Shown here: piece by piece, positions 9,326-21,107 of the stretch
How the letters are laid out: each line of letters opens with the position of its first letter
Position numbering within the stretch: the stretch's first letter is position 1
Assembly: GCA_964431835.1 (NCBI GenBank)
Contig: CAYSKO010000002.1
Coordinates: 137,632 to 201,631, forward strand
From: an uncultured Planctomycetia bacterium
Lineage (GTDB): Bacteria > Omnitrophota > Gorgyraeia > 2-02-FULL-51-18
Direction of reading: 5' to 3'
DNA: 64,000 bases
Program-made: the position numbers and the translations under genes
Notes under the pieces: model-generated
What the model saw: only the letters and a program-made list of their open reading frames with translations
What the model was told of the DNA's origin: nothing
Databases searched by the model: none

Positions 9326-10830
9326 CTTCCTTTCAGCTTAGGGAACGCGGCGAGAGCGTTACTCGAGAAAATTTTGACGAGGGTTTTTTTTGTGAATCCG
9401 TAATGCGCGATCTTGCCGAGCGTCCACGCCGGGTTCATGAGCTGGGCGTCCGACGCGAAAAGCACGCGGTCGTCGCCGGCCTCGCGCACGAGCGCGTCTA
9501 AACGCGTCTCGACGACGTCGGCGTGGCTCGTCGCGACGTCGAAGAACACGTTCGGGCTCGCGAAGAGCGGCCCCACGCGCCTGTAGGTCGCGTGCGCGCA
9601 GACGAACCGGAGAGTTTTCCATTTTTTCGCCGCCGCCGCCATGCCGGGAATATGCGCCATCACGGTGAGCCTGCGCTTCTTCGCTTCTGTGAGGATGGGC
9701 GCGTACGCGGGAGCGTCTAGCCCGAGGCCGTAAAGGTCCTGGATCGTCTTCACACCGACGCAAGCACGGTTCTTCGCGTAACGGGCGATTTCGGCGAGCG
9801 ATTCTTCCGGACGGGTCGGATCGACGACCACGAGCCCGGCCACGCGCGGGTCCCTGTCGGCGAGCGAAAAAGTACCCCGGTTCCCCGCTTTGAGATCGCC
9901 GTTCAACGCGCGGATGGAAGAGACGAGCGCGCGCGTGTAGTTGAAGCGGTCGAACTCGCGTGCGAAGAAGCGATCGTCTTTTTCCGGTTCAATGAGGTTC
10001 CAGCCATCGACGTGCCAATGCGTGTCGATCTTTGCCGGCGTCATCACGGGCGCGAAGCGCACGCCCCAGGCCCGGGCGTCGAATGAACGCGGCTTCGGCA
10101 GTCCCAGCACCCGCGCGAGTGTGCCTCCGTAGACCGCCTCGCGCGCTTCGCCGGAAAGCGCGTTTTGAACGAGGCAATGTGCGGCGAGCTCGAGCGATTC
10201 CGGGGCGTTCGAGGCGAAGAAAAGCCGCTCCGCCCCCACCGTTTCGACGAGCCTCCCGATCGCGCCGCTCGGTGTGAGGGACCCGACGTCGAAGAACCAG
10301 TTCGAATGCCGGCGTGCGATCGCGAGCGTGTCCGAAAAACCGTGGTAAGCCCGGCCCCGCATCCAGCGGACCAGAACGGGGCCCTTCAGAAATCCGAGCG
10401 CGCGCTCGATCTCGACGAGTTCCGCGGGCGTGTCGACGCCGAGCTGAAAAGCGAACCCGAGCCGGTCGGCTTCCTTCAAGGCGGCAGCGAGCGCGGGGCT
10501 TCCGAAGCGTGGTTCGTAATAGCGTGGAGAAGAAAGGACCGAAAGAATCCGAACTCCGTCTTTTTTTAACCGCGCGAGATACGCGGGGTCCGCGTAAGCG
10601 TCGAACGAGGCGGGCGAAAGCGTCGCGGCCGGGAGAACCCGCTCCGGATGGCGCCTTGCGAGCGCAACGAGCTTCGAATTCCCTTCCTTCACGTCCGAAA
10701 AAATGCTCTCGTACGAGGAAACCACGGCGGAGGACAACCCGTAACCGTCTAGGAACGAAACGAGCCTCTTTTCGTCGAGCGCAGCGCCCGTCGACGGGTT
10801 TCGGCCGAAGAACACGCCCCCGTCGATCAC
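9322..10830 (-). CDS. Amidohydrolase-family (TIM-barrel metal-dependent hydrolase) protein; apparent tandem two-domain architecture
   Basis: Second half has IDTHWHVDGW (HxH metal motif) and ...FASDAQ. GTG start chosen at the GTGA overlap with the methylase stop (ORF extends to 10860). Confidence 0.55.
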   Translation of the reverse strand: MIDGGVFFGRNPSTGAALDEKRLVSFLDGYGLSSAVVSSYESIFSDVKEGNSKLVALARRHPERVLPAATLSPASFDAYADPAYLARLKKDGVRILSVLSSPRYYEPRFGSPALAAALKEADRLGFAFQLGVDTPAELVEIERALGFLKGPVLVRWMRGRAYHGFSDTLAIARRHSNWFFDVGSLTPSGAIGRLVETVGAERLFFASNAPESLELAAHCLVQNALSGEAREAVYGGTLARVLGLPKPRSFDARAWGVRFAPVMTPAKIDTHWHVDGWNLIEPEKDDRFFAREFDRFNYTRALVSSIRALNGDLKAGNRGTFSLADRDPRVAGLVVVDPTRPEESLAEIARYAKNRACVGVKTIQDLYGLGLDAPAYAPILTEAKKRRLTVMAHIPGMAAAAKKWKTLRFVCAHATYRRVGPLFASPNVFFDVATSHADVVETRLDALVREAGDDRVLFASDAQLMNPAWTLGKIAHYGFTKKTLVKIFSSNALAAFPKLKGR

Positions 10831-11453
10831 GAAACGCCCGTCTTCTTCTCGAAAAGCCACCAGGTCATGTCGTCGAAGCCCCCGGCCTCAAATTCCGGGC
10901 TCCACAGGAAACCGTAATCGACGACGTTCACGGAAAAACGCTCCATGAAAAATTTCCCGAAATCCCGCTTGAAGAGCTTGTCCGGTTCGCCGTGGTACGG
11001 GAGCGAAACCGGCGTGCGGTTGAAATATTCGCAGATAACGATCCAGCGGCGCGAATAAAGGAATACTTTCTCGAGGTTCGCCGCCAGGTCGTCCGGCGCG
11101 ATGTGGATGAGGACGCCGCAGGTGAACGCGAGGTCGAAGCTCGCCGGCTCGAAACTCGACTGGAGGATAGGCCCGTTGAACGAGCGCACCGGCTTCACCC
11201 GTTCGACCGCGGTTCGGTACGCAGCTTCGTTGATCTCGATGAGGCCGAGATCCATCGAAGGATCGACGCGCCGGAGCCCCACGAGATTGCGGCCGATGTT
11301 CGATCCGCATTCGAGGGCCGAGCGCACGCCGGAAGCTTTGCGCAACATCTGCCGCCAGCCTTTTTCTGTGACCGCGTAATCGAAATCGGAATTCCGCTCG
11401 ACGTATCCCTTTCCGAAATTACCCTTCCAGAACTTCTCCTGTTCGACGGCCAT
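10827..11453 (-). CDS. SAM-dependent methyltransferase, resembling pseudaminic-acid-biosynthesis-associated methylases
   Basis: ECGSNIGRNL (motif I), about 208 aa, located inside a NulO cluster. ATG start overlaps the WbuX-like stop by 1 nt (TGATG). Confidence 0.55.
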   Translation of the reverse strand: MAVEQEKFWKGNFGKGYVERNSDFDYAVTEKGWRQMLRKASGVRSALECGSNIGRNLVGLRRVDPSMDLGLIEINEAAYRTAVERVKPVRSFNGPILQSSFEPASFDLAFTCGVLIHIAPDDLAANLEKVFLYSRRWIVICEYFNRTPVSLPYHGEPDKLFKRDFGKFFMERFSVNVVDYGFLWSPEFEAGGFDDMTWWLFEKKTGVS

Positions 11454-12583
11454 CAGGAGGCGTCCCAAATATTGGACTTCGTCCAGTTGCCGCCGGCGTC
11501 CTTCACCCAGACGCGCGCGTCCCGGAAGCGGTCCATCTCGGCGTCGAGCTTCGAGCGTTTCCAGCCGACGTACTCGAGCCAGCGCGGGATATCGCCGGGG
11601 ACGACATGGTCGTACTCGCGGACCATCTCGATTCCCTGCTCGCGGGTCATGACGCCGTTTCGGATGTCCCGGCAGGCGTGGTCAGTGGCGCGGCCGTAAC
11701 CGAACTTCACGAACTTCATGTAATCGTGAATGCCGTTGTCGTGGACGTCGTTCAGGTTCGAATCCTTCCGGTAAGTGCGGTCGAAAGGCCGGTCGTACAT
11801 CTCGAATCCGTAGAGGTCGATCATCTTTTGGAGATGGTCGAGCTGGTTCCAGCCGAAATAATTGGAGATGAAGATACCGCGGAGGCCCAGGCGCTCGATC
11901 TCGTCGTCCGAAGGATACTGTGCCCAAAGGAAATCGTACGGCGCCAAGCCCTCGTTCTCGGGACCCAGGAAATCGCTCCAGTCGTAGCCCCGGCACATGT
12001 GTTCGGTGCGGTATTTCTTCGTGAACTCCACGAGGTCGGCGTAGGAGTGCATGCCGCCCAGGTTCATGAAACCATGCTCGCCGTAGACGAAGAGCTTCGT
12101 GTCGAACTTAGCGGCCATGATGATCGGGAATGTCATGATGCCGATGTGCGTGTGCCAGTTGGGGTCGCCCATACGGGTCATGCCGAGGCGATTCAGTTTT
12201 TTAAGAACGTCGACTTCGGGCGTGAAATGCAGGAAGTCGCCCTTGAAATGGTCCTTCATGCGCTGAATGTTGCGCAGGCCTACGTCGGTGTGGTTGTTCT
12301 CGGCGTAGCAGACGAAGAGAACCTTGAGGCCGTACTCCTTGCAGAAGACGTGAGCCTGATAAAAACTGTCTTTGCCGCCCGAGACGCCGATCACGCAGTC
12401 GTAGCCGGATTTGTTTTTCGAGCGGTACTGGTCGATCAGCTTCTCGAACATCTCCCGGCGACGCTTCCAGTCGACGGCCTTCTGCTCCTCGTGCGTGCGG
12501 CACCCCGAGCAGACGCCGTTCTTGTCGAAAGTCAGCGGCGTCGCGGCGACGCCCGGGTACACGCACTTGGCGCAGTACTGCAT
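11453..12583 (-). CDS. N-acetyl sugar amidotransferase (WbuX/PseA-like, PP-loop)
   Basis: MQYCAKCVYPGVAATPLTFDKNGVCSGCRTHEE...VIGVSGGKDS (PP-loop SGGxDS). Start at internal ATG (residue 123 of ORF 11453..12949). Confidence 0.8.
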   Translation of the reverse strand: MQYCAKCVYPGVAATPLTFDKNGVCSGCRTHEEQKAVDWKRRREMFEKLIDQYRSKNKSGYDCVIGVSGGKDSFYQAHVFCKEYGLKVLFVCYAENNHTDVGLRNIQRMKDHFKGDFLHFTPEVDVLKKLNRLGMTRMGDPNWHTHIGIMTFPIIMAAKFDTKLFVYGEHGFMNLGGMHSYADLVEFTKKYRTEHMCRGYDWSDFLGPENEGLAPYDFLWAQYPSDDEIERLGLRGIFISNYFGWNQLDHLQKMIDLYGFEMYDRPFDRTYRKDSNLNDVHDNGIHDYMKFVKFGYGRATDHACRDIRNGVMTREQGIEMVREYDHVVPGDIPRWLEYVGWKRSKLDAEMDRFRDARVWVKDAGGNWTKSNIWDAS

Positions 12584-12627
12584 TTTCGGAGGCTTCACGG
12601 TCGTTTTCCCTTCCGCGGTCTTTTGAA

Positions 12628-13446
12628 TTAGATGGCTTTTAGTGCCGCACGCGCGTCTACTGGCTTCACGGGGCACCCGGCCTCCGCGAGGCGCCGTTTG
12701 GCGCGCGGGTACGCGTTCTCGGTGAAATTGAAAATGTTGCCCGCCGCGGCCGCAGAGGCGCCCGTCCGCGAAAGGACTTCTTCGAAATCGTCGAACGAAC
12801 CCGCACCCCCGCAGGCGATCACGGGGATTCCGACGGCGCTCGCGACACGGTCGACGATTTCGAGGTCGTAACCGTTCGCCGTACCGTCCCGGTCGATGCT
12901 GTTCAGGAAAATCTCCCCGGCGCCCGCCTCGGCCGCGCGGCGCGCCCAATCAACCGGGTCATCCGGCACCGCCTCGGAGCCCTGCTCGATAAACATTCTA
13001 TGCGATTTACCCTCTTTTTTCACGTCGATTCCGACGACCACGCACTGGCTTCCGAAGTGCCGGGCGATGGTCCCGACGAGCGCGAGGTCCCGGTACGCGG
13101 CGGTGTTCACCACGATCTTGTCGGCCCCGCCGGCGATGATTCGCGCGGCATCTTTGAAATCCCGGATGCGACCGCCGAAGGTGAGCGGCATGAAACATTT
13201 CCGCGATATCTCTTTGAGGATAGAAAGAACGTCCCGGTCCACGCGGATCTTATGGTCGTCGCGTTTCAGGTCGTGCTCCCCCTCGCGGGTGATGTCGATA
13301 TAGATGAGCTCATCCGCCGCCCAGTCGTTCAGCCGCTCGAGCTGGTTAATCGGATTCCCGAACTCCCGGAAATCGGAGAAAGTCTGGCTCCGCACGATGA
13401 GCCCATTTTTGAGGAACAGGACCGGGATCAGGCGTTTTTTCAGCAT
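12628..13446 (-). CDS. HisF-like cyclase subunit (imidazole glycerol phosphate synthase homolog, WbuZ-type)
   Basis: MLKKRLIPVLFLKNGLIVRS...ADELIYIDI...GADKIVVNTAA...IACGGAG. Confidence 0.85.
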   Translation of the reverse strand: MLKKRLIPVLFLKNGLIVRSQTFSDFREFGNPINQLERLNDWAADELIYIDITREGEHDLKRDDHKIRVDRDVLSILKEISRKCFMPLTFGGRIRDFKDAARIIAGGADKIVVNTAAYRDLALVGTIARHFGSQCVVVGIDVKKEGKSHRMFIEQGSEAVPDDPVDWARRAAEAGAGEIFLNSIDRDGTANGYDLEIVDRVASAVGIPVIACGGAGSFDDFEEVLSRTGASAAAAGNIFNFTENAYPRAKRRLAEAGCPVKPVDARAALKAI

Positions 13447-14048
13447 GGCAACTCCAGAAACCGCTTCAAGAGCCGCAAGCCGTGTCCGTGCGACTTTTCC
13501 GGATGGAACTGGACGCCGTAGAGACGGCGTTTATCCGAACCGACCGCGCACGCGAAAATCTGTCCGTAATCCGCGGTCGCGAGCGTGTCCGCGGCGGACG
13601 CGGGTTCCAAGCAGTAGCTGTGGACGAAATAGTAATCGGTCGGCGGATCGGAGGCGAAAAGCGCGTTCGGAGCGGCCGTGCGTGCCTCGTTCCAGCCGAC
13701 GTGGGGAATCCGGAGACCCGTTTCATTCAAGCGGCGCACTCGCCCGGGAATGACGTCCAGCCCTTCCGTCGGCCCGCCCTCGTCGCCTTCGGACGCCAAT
13801 AGCTGCATGCCGAGACAGATGCCGAGAAACGGCTTTTTTCCCGCCATCCTGCGAAGCGGCGCCGAAAGGCCGCGCTCGTTCAAATTTTTCATTCCGGAGG
13901 CGAAGGCCCCCACGCCCGGGAGAACGACCCGTTCGGCGCGTTCAAGCTCGTTTGGATCGGAGGTCAAGATCACGCGCGCGCCCAGGAACTCGAAAGCGTT
14001 CCGCACGGACTGCACGTTTCCCATGCCGTAGTCGACGATCGCGAGCAC
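13440..14048 (-). CDS. HisH-like glutamine amidotransferase subunit (WbuY-type)
   Basis: (M)LAIVDYGMGNVQSV...LPGVGAF...LGICLGMQLL...GVQFHPEKS (class I GATase C/H/E triad context). GTG start with GAGGT Shine-Dalgarno. Confidence 0.85.
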   Translation of the reverse strand: MLAIVDYGMGNVQSVRNAFEFLGARVILTSDPNELERAERVVLPGVGAFASGMKNLNERGLSAPLRRMAGKKPFLGICLGMQLLASEGDEGGPTEGLDVIPGRVRRLNETGLRIPHVGWNEARTAAPNALFASDPPTDYYFVHSYCLEPASAADTLATADYGQIFACAVGSDKRRLYGVQFHPEKSHGHGLRLLKRFLELPC

Positions 14049-14049
14049 G

Positions 14050-15078
14050 TTACCTCGAACTCATCCGGACGGTGCGTTTCTTGAGCGGAAGAGCGACGCG
14101 CTTGCCGCCCGATTCGAACGAAAACCGGAGCGCGGTTGCGATCTCGAGGCTCGCACGGCCGTCCTCCACCGAGCAAATGGGTTTCTCGCGCCGCTCGACG
14201 GAACCAACGAGATTCTTGACGAGCCCGGGCAGGCCCTCGCCGAGATCGCCGGTTTTAGACTTCGCGGCTTTCAGCGCGGAATAGCCCGAAAAAAGCGGAT
14301 GCGGAACGACGTCCCAGACGTCCGCTCGCGTGCCGCTTTCGGCCAGGCGCACGCGCTTTTTCGTGCCGTAGATGTCCGCCTCGAAAACGAGATAGCTCGC
14401 GACGTCGAGCGCCGTGAGCGTGCAGCCGAAGCCTCGCTCGAAATGAAGGTAGCCGGAATACGACGGGTCGGCGTCGCCGAGTTTCTTTGCGGGGTCCGCC
14501 CACACCCAATCCACGCCGCCGAAGAAAAAAGAGAGGAAATCGAAAAGGTGCGTTCCCGTATTCACCGCACCGGCCGTGTAATAAGCGGACGTGCCCTGAA
14601 TTCGTCCGAGCTCCCCCGCGTCAACCGCGCGCTTGAGTTCGTGGTAAAGCGCGACGTAGCGCCGTGTGTAGTTCACGAGAAGCGGAACCTTCGCTTTCCG
14701 GGAGAGCGTAGCCATCGCGTCCGAGGCGGCGAGCGTGTCGGCGACGGGTTTCTCGCAGATCACGCCCCGCACGCCCGCTTTCACGGCCTTTTCGAAAATC
14801 GCGCGGTGCGTCCCGTTCCAGGTGCAGATCGAAAGGACGTCGGGCTTCACCTCCTCGAGCATGCGGTCGAGATCGGAATAAAGGGCCCGTACGCCCCACT
14901 TTTTTCCGAAAGCGGCGAGCTTCGCGGCGTCCAAATCGCACGCGGCGGCGAGCTCGGTCCGCGGATCGGCGAGATAGGCCTGGGCGTGCGTCGAGACGCC
15001 TTTCCGTTTGGGATCGGCCGCGAACTCGCTCGCGATACGTCCGCAGCCGACGATCGCGGCGCGCAGTTTCCGGCTCAT
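14050..15078 (-). CDS. Gfo/Idh/MocA family NAD(P)-dependent oxidoreductase
   Basis: MSRKLRAAIVGCGRIASEFAA...ICEKPVA. ATG overlaps the upstream stop (ATGA). Confidence 0.8.
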   Translation of the reverse strand: MSRKLRAAIVGCGRIASEFAADPKRKGVSTHAQAYLADPRTELAAACDLDAAKLAAFGKKWGVRALYSDLDRMLEEVKPDVLSICTWNGTHRAIFEKAVKAGVRGVICEKPVADTLAASDAMATLSRKAKVPLLVNYTRRYVALYHELKRAVDAGELGRIQGTSAYYTAGAVNTGTHLFDFLSFFFGGVDWVWADPAKKLGDADPSYSGYLHFERGFGCTLTALDVASYLVFEADIYGTKKRVRLAESGTRADVWDVVPHPLFSGYSALKAAKSKTGDLGEGLPGLVKNLVGSVERREKPICSVEDGRASLEIATALRFSFESGGKRVALPLKKRTVRMSSR

Positions 15079-15824
15079 CGGACCGCCTTCTGCGCGATGT
15101 GCGCGTTCTTGGCGGCGACGTCCGGGTTCGCGCGGAGGAAATCCATCACGTCGCGGCTCGTGAAACGAGGGTTATTCGGATAAAGCGCGTCGTAGACCGT
15201 CGCGCACACTTCGTAGTCCTCGACGCGGTCCACGCAGATGCGTATCTGCGGGCCGTACAGTTCGGACGGGGCCGTGAGACAGCCGAGCCTGAACTCCTGA
15301 GGGTGCTCGTAGATGTAGAGCGACACGTTCTCGCGGTCCGGCGGGTCCTGGGTGAGCGTGTCGACCTTCGCGAGCGTCGCGGTCGAGAAAATTTGCGTGT
15401 CGAGGCCGCGCGGGTAGGTGCGTACGAGGATATTGCTCGCGTAATCGACGTCGTGCGCGCCGTAAAAACGGGCGAGCTCGTCGATGATGTCCGGGTCCGC
15501 GAACGGGCAGTCGCCGGTGAGCTCGACGATCGTTTCCGCCTTGTGGTGCTTCGCCGCTTCGAGGACGCGCAGAAGGACGTCGTCCTCGCTTCCGCGGAAC
15601 ACGGCGACGCCCGCCTTCTTTCCCCATTCCACGACGGCGTCGTCCTGGGCGTTCACGGTCGTGCAGATCACGACGTCGGTTACGCTTTTCGCGCGGCGGG
15701 CGCGTTCCACCAGTCGCTCCAGCGACGGCTTCCCGGCGAGCGGTTTCAGGATTTTCCCCGGCAGGCGGCTCGACGTCATGCGGGCCTCGACGGTGGCGAT
15801 CGTTTTTCCCAAGATTCTAGGCAT
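15075..15824 (-). CDS. Cytidylyltransferase of the SpsF/PseF (CTP_transf_3) type; candidate CMP-nonulosonate synthetase
   Basis: MPRILGKTIATVEARMTSSRLPGKILKPL (ARMxSxRLPGK motif). Start at internal ATG (residue 68 of ORF 15075..16025). Confidence 0.7.
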   Translation of the reverse strand: MPRILGKTIATVEARMTSSRLPGKILKPLAGKPSLERLVERARRAKSVTDVVICTTVNAQDDAVVEWGKKAGVAVFRGSEDDVLLRVLEAAKHHKAETIVELTGDCPFADPDIIDELARFYGAHDVDYASNILVRTYPRGLDTQIFSTATLAKVDTLTQDPPDRENVSLYIYEHPQEFRLGCLTAPSELYGPQIRICVDRVEDYEVCATVYDALYPNNPRFTSRDVMDFLRANPDVAAKNAHIAQKAVR

Positions 15825-17295
15825 TGCGGACAGCCTCCTTTTTGAGGATGAAATTCTTGAGCGTGGAGCGTAGAAGCCCTTCCTTGCGCTCGAACCGAAG
15901 GATGAGCGGCGCGAACGCCGCTGTGAAAAAAACAGCGCGCAGAACAGCGCCGGAACCGGGGGTGGCCCTCGAGAAAAGGATCTCGGCGCCTGCGACGACG
16001 GCGGCGAAATATACGAACGTGCCAAGGATGCGGCCGAGCAGCTTTAAAAATTCCGCACGCGCAAGGATACGCGTGAACGCGTAGCCGAACACCGACAGAA
16101 AAAAAACGAAGTACGCGGCCGAGGTCGCGGCGGCGACGCCTTCGATTCCCCAGCCCGCGCGGAGAGCGCCCCAGATGAGGGCCGCCGCGACGCCCACCAT
16201 GGCGACGTAAACCGGCACGAGCTTCCCCTGCCGGTTCGTCGTAAAAAGAACGCTCGAAGCCATTTCGTTCACGGCGATGAAGTAATACCCGACGAGAAGA
16301 ATTCGCATCGCGCCCAAACCTCCCTCGAACCGCGGCAGGAAAAAATGAATGAGCGGAGGCAGGCAGACGAGCACCGTTCCGATGATCGCAGGCAGGTAAT
16401 GCGCGAGCGCGAGCGTCACCCGGACGAATCGTCCCTTTGCCTCGTCGAGCGAACCCGTACGCCCGTAGCTTTCCTGGATGTGCGGGAAGATGATGATGTG
16501 GGCGAAGCGCCCGAGGGCGCTCACCTGCTGGACTGCCATGAGCGCCACCGTGTAGAGACCGAGCGCGGCGTAGCCGAGCGTCCGGCTGATCAGGATCGCG
16601 TCGAGCGAAAGAAACGTGATGAGGCAGTAACTCAAGATCACCATCGGGAAACCGATGCGCACGAGGCCGGCGACTTCGCGCGGGTCGAAAGCCGGCGCCA
16701 GCCGCACGCCCGAGACCCGCCACGCGAGCGCAGCCGAGCACGCGGTGGCCGCCAGGAAGCCGAAGGCGAGCCCGACCACCCCGCCCTTCCACGCGAGCGC
16801 GAGCGGAAACGCTGCCACGAAGAACATGTTCGCGACGATGAGAAGGCTCAGTTCGGACACCTTCTTGAGCGTCCGGAGGAGCGTGAGAAAATAATTGTAC
16901 GCCTGCGTCGCGATTGCAAGCGGGGCCATCACGAAAAGACCCTTCCGGAGGAGGGGGTCGTCGATGAAGAAGGCGGCGATCCCGGCGATCACGGCAGCGG
17001 AGACGATCGACGCCCCGGCTGTGAAAGTGAACGCGTTGTTCTCGAGCCGCTTCACGCGGGACTCGTCGCCTGCGCCGGTGGCCTGCGGCACCTCGCGCAG
17101 TAGTGCGTCGCGCGTTCCGAGGTCCGAATATTCCGCGTAGCTCCCGAACACCTTCATCACGGCCCAGTATCCGGCGCCGGCGGTCCCCAGGAGCGCCTTC
17201 ATCGCCACGCTCACGACGATACCGATCGCCATCGCCGTGTAATTGGCGACGGTGTACTTGAGCGTATCTTTGACGACGAGATCCTTAAGAGACAC
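15817..17295 (-). CDS. Wzx-like polysaccharide flippase (MOP/MATE-type polysaccharide biosynthesis protein)
   Basis: About 12 predicted TM helices in the Wzx pattern. GTG start chosen at the 1-nt overlap with the upstream TAG stop; the ORF's R-rich extension to 17604 is not credible. Confidence 0.65.
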   Translation of the reverse strand: MSLKDLVVKDTLKYTVANYTAMAIGIVVSVAMKALLGTAGAGYWAVMKVFGSYAEYSDLGTRDALLREVPQATGAGDESRVKRLENNAFTFTAGASIVSAAVIAGIAAFFIDDPLLRKGLFVMAPLAIATQAYNYFLTLLRTLKKVSELSLLIVANMFFVAAFPLALAWKGGVVGLAFGFLAATACSAALAWRVSGVRLAPAFDPREVAGLVRIGFPMVILSYCLITFLSLDAILISRTLGYAALGLYTVALMAVQQVSALGRFAHIIIFPHIQESYGRTGSLDEAKGRFVRVTLALAHYLPAIIGTVLVCLPPLIHFFLPRFEGGLGAMRILLVGYYFIAVNEMASSVLFTTNRQGKLVPVYVAMVGVAAALIWGALRAGWGIEGVAAATSAAYFVFFLSVFGYAFTRILARAEFLKLLGRILGTFVYFAAVVAGAEILFSRATPGSGAVLRAVFFTAAFAPLILRFERKEGLLRSTLKNFILKKEAVRNA

Positions 17296-18538
17296 TAGAT
17301 CGCGCGCCTGTAGAGGTCGCGTTCGAGTTTTTCCCGGACTTTCGCGACGTCGTCCGGCCCCATCGATTGGCGATAAACGGCTTTTCCTTGCGGCTCGGGC
17401 CATCCGTCCTGCTTCTCGAGGAAACGGCGAAGGCCCCCGACCATCACGTCCCGCTGGTGCGCGATCATGCGGGTGCGCACCTGGGCGTACCCCTCGCCGC
17501 GCCGCACGGGCATGTCCGCCTGATAGATGATGGGACCCGAGTCTATCTTTGCGGTGGCCAGATGGCAGGTCGCGCCGACCGGATCGTCGTTCAGGATCGC
17601 CCATTCCACGCAGCTGCAGCCGCGGTAACCCGGGAGGATGCCCGGATGGCAGTTGAGAACCCCTTTCCGCGCTTTCCTTAGGATTCTCTCGGAAAGAACC
17701 GCCGTTCCCCCGAGAATCAGAACGCCGGGGTCAAGCGCGGCCAAAAGCTCCTCGCAGGCGGCCGAACCGTGGTCTTTCACGTAATGGATTCGGGGAGCCG
17801 TGTTCCCCAGCGCGTCTCCCAAGAAAAGCGGCGCGTAGAGACCGCCCGTGCGCTCAGCGACGATCGCGCGATCGCGCTCGGCGTACGCGTCGCCTTCGAA
17901 GACGACGCTGTGCACCCGGATGCCCGCTTCGCGAAACCCTTTCAAGTATTCGAGGCCCATGAGATTGCCGTACCGCGTAAGGACCACGACGCGGAGCGCG
18001 CCGGGGTGTTTGGGATTCGTCTTGGACCACTGGACCACGTCGTGATGGAACCCGTCTTTCAGGAATGCATCCCGAAGAACGCCTTCTTCGACCATGCCCA
18101 GACGCGCCGCGATGCGGGCCATCGCGGCGTTTCGTGCGGTGGCCCCTACGAAGACGCGGTGGAGATCGAGGGAGCCGAAGACATGCTCGAGGAGAAGGCG
18201 GCAGGCTTCCGTGCCGACGCCTTTCCCCCATGCGTTGCGTTCGCCGATGAGCAGGGATATCTCGGCGGAACGGCTCGTGTTCGAGATAGAATTCAGCGAC
18301 GCGTTCCCGACGTGGCGGTTGCCGTCCTTCAGGATGATCGCGTACGCGAGCGTGTCATGGGAAATGGAGACCTCGGCGACGTACGCGCGGAGCTTCTCGG
18401 CGGTGTAGCCCGAACCGTGACGGTTGTCGCGGCAGACCTCAGAATCGTTCATCCAGGAAAGCCAGGCGCCCGACACGTGGCGCGCTAGGAGCGGTTCCAG
18501 CCGGACCTTCGCGCCTTCGAGCGGCCGCAGGTCGAGCG

Positions 18539-18542
<4 letters not shown>
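17295..18542 (-). CDS. Bifunctional fusion: N-terminal GNAT acetyltransferase (RimL/PseH-like) + C-terminal formyltransferase domain (Formyl_trans_N)
   Basis: GNAT: NAWGKGVGTEA. Formyltransferase: LNCHPGILPGYRG (N-x-H) and HLATAKIDSGPII (H...D...G-P-I). GTG start overlaps the PseC-like stop (GTGA). Confidence 0.75.
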
Positions 18543-21106
<2,564 letters not shown>

Positions 21107-21107
21107 A

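Noticed and set aside
15817-17604. Long R/P-rich N-terminal extensions on many track ORFs (for example 1755..2855, 11453..12949, 23915..25204, 43057..45249, 62279..63619)
   Set aside because: - The extensions overlap the upstream gene's coding region and lack motifs.
- Internal ATG, GTG or TTG starts that overlap the upstream stop give proteins of canonical length.
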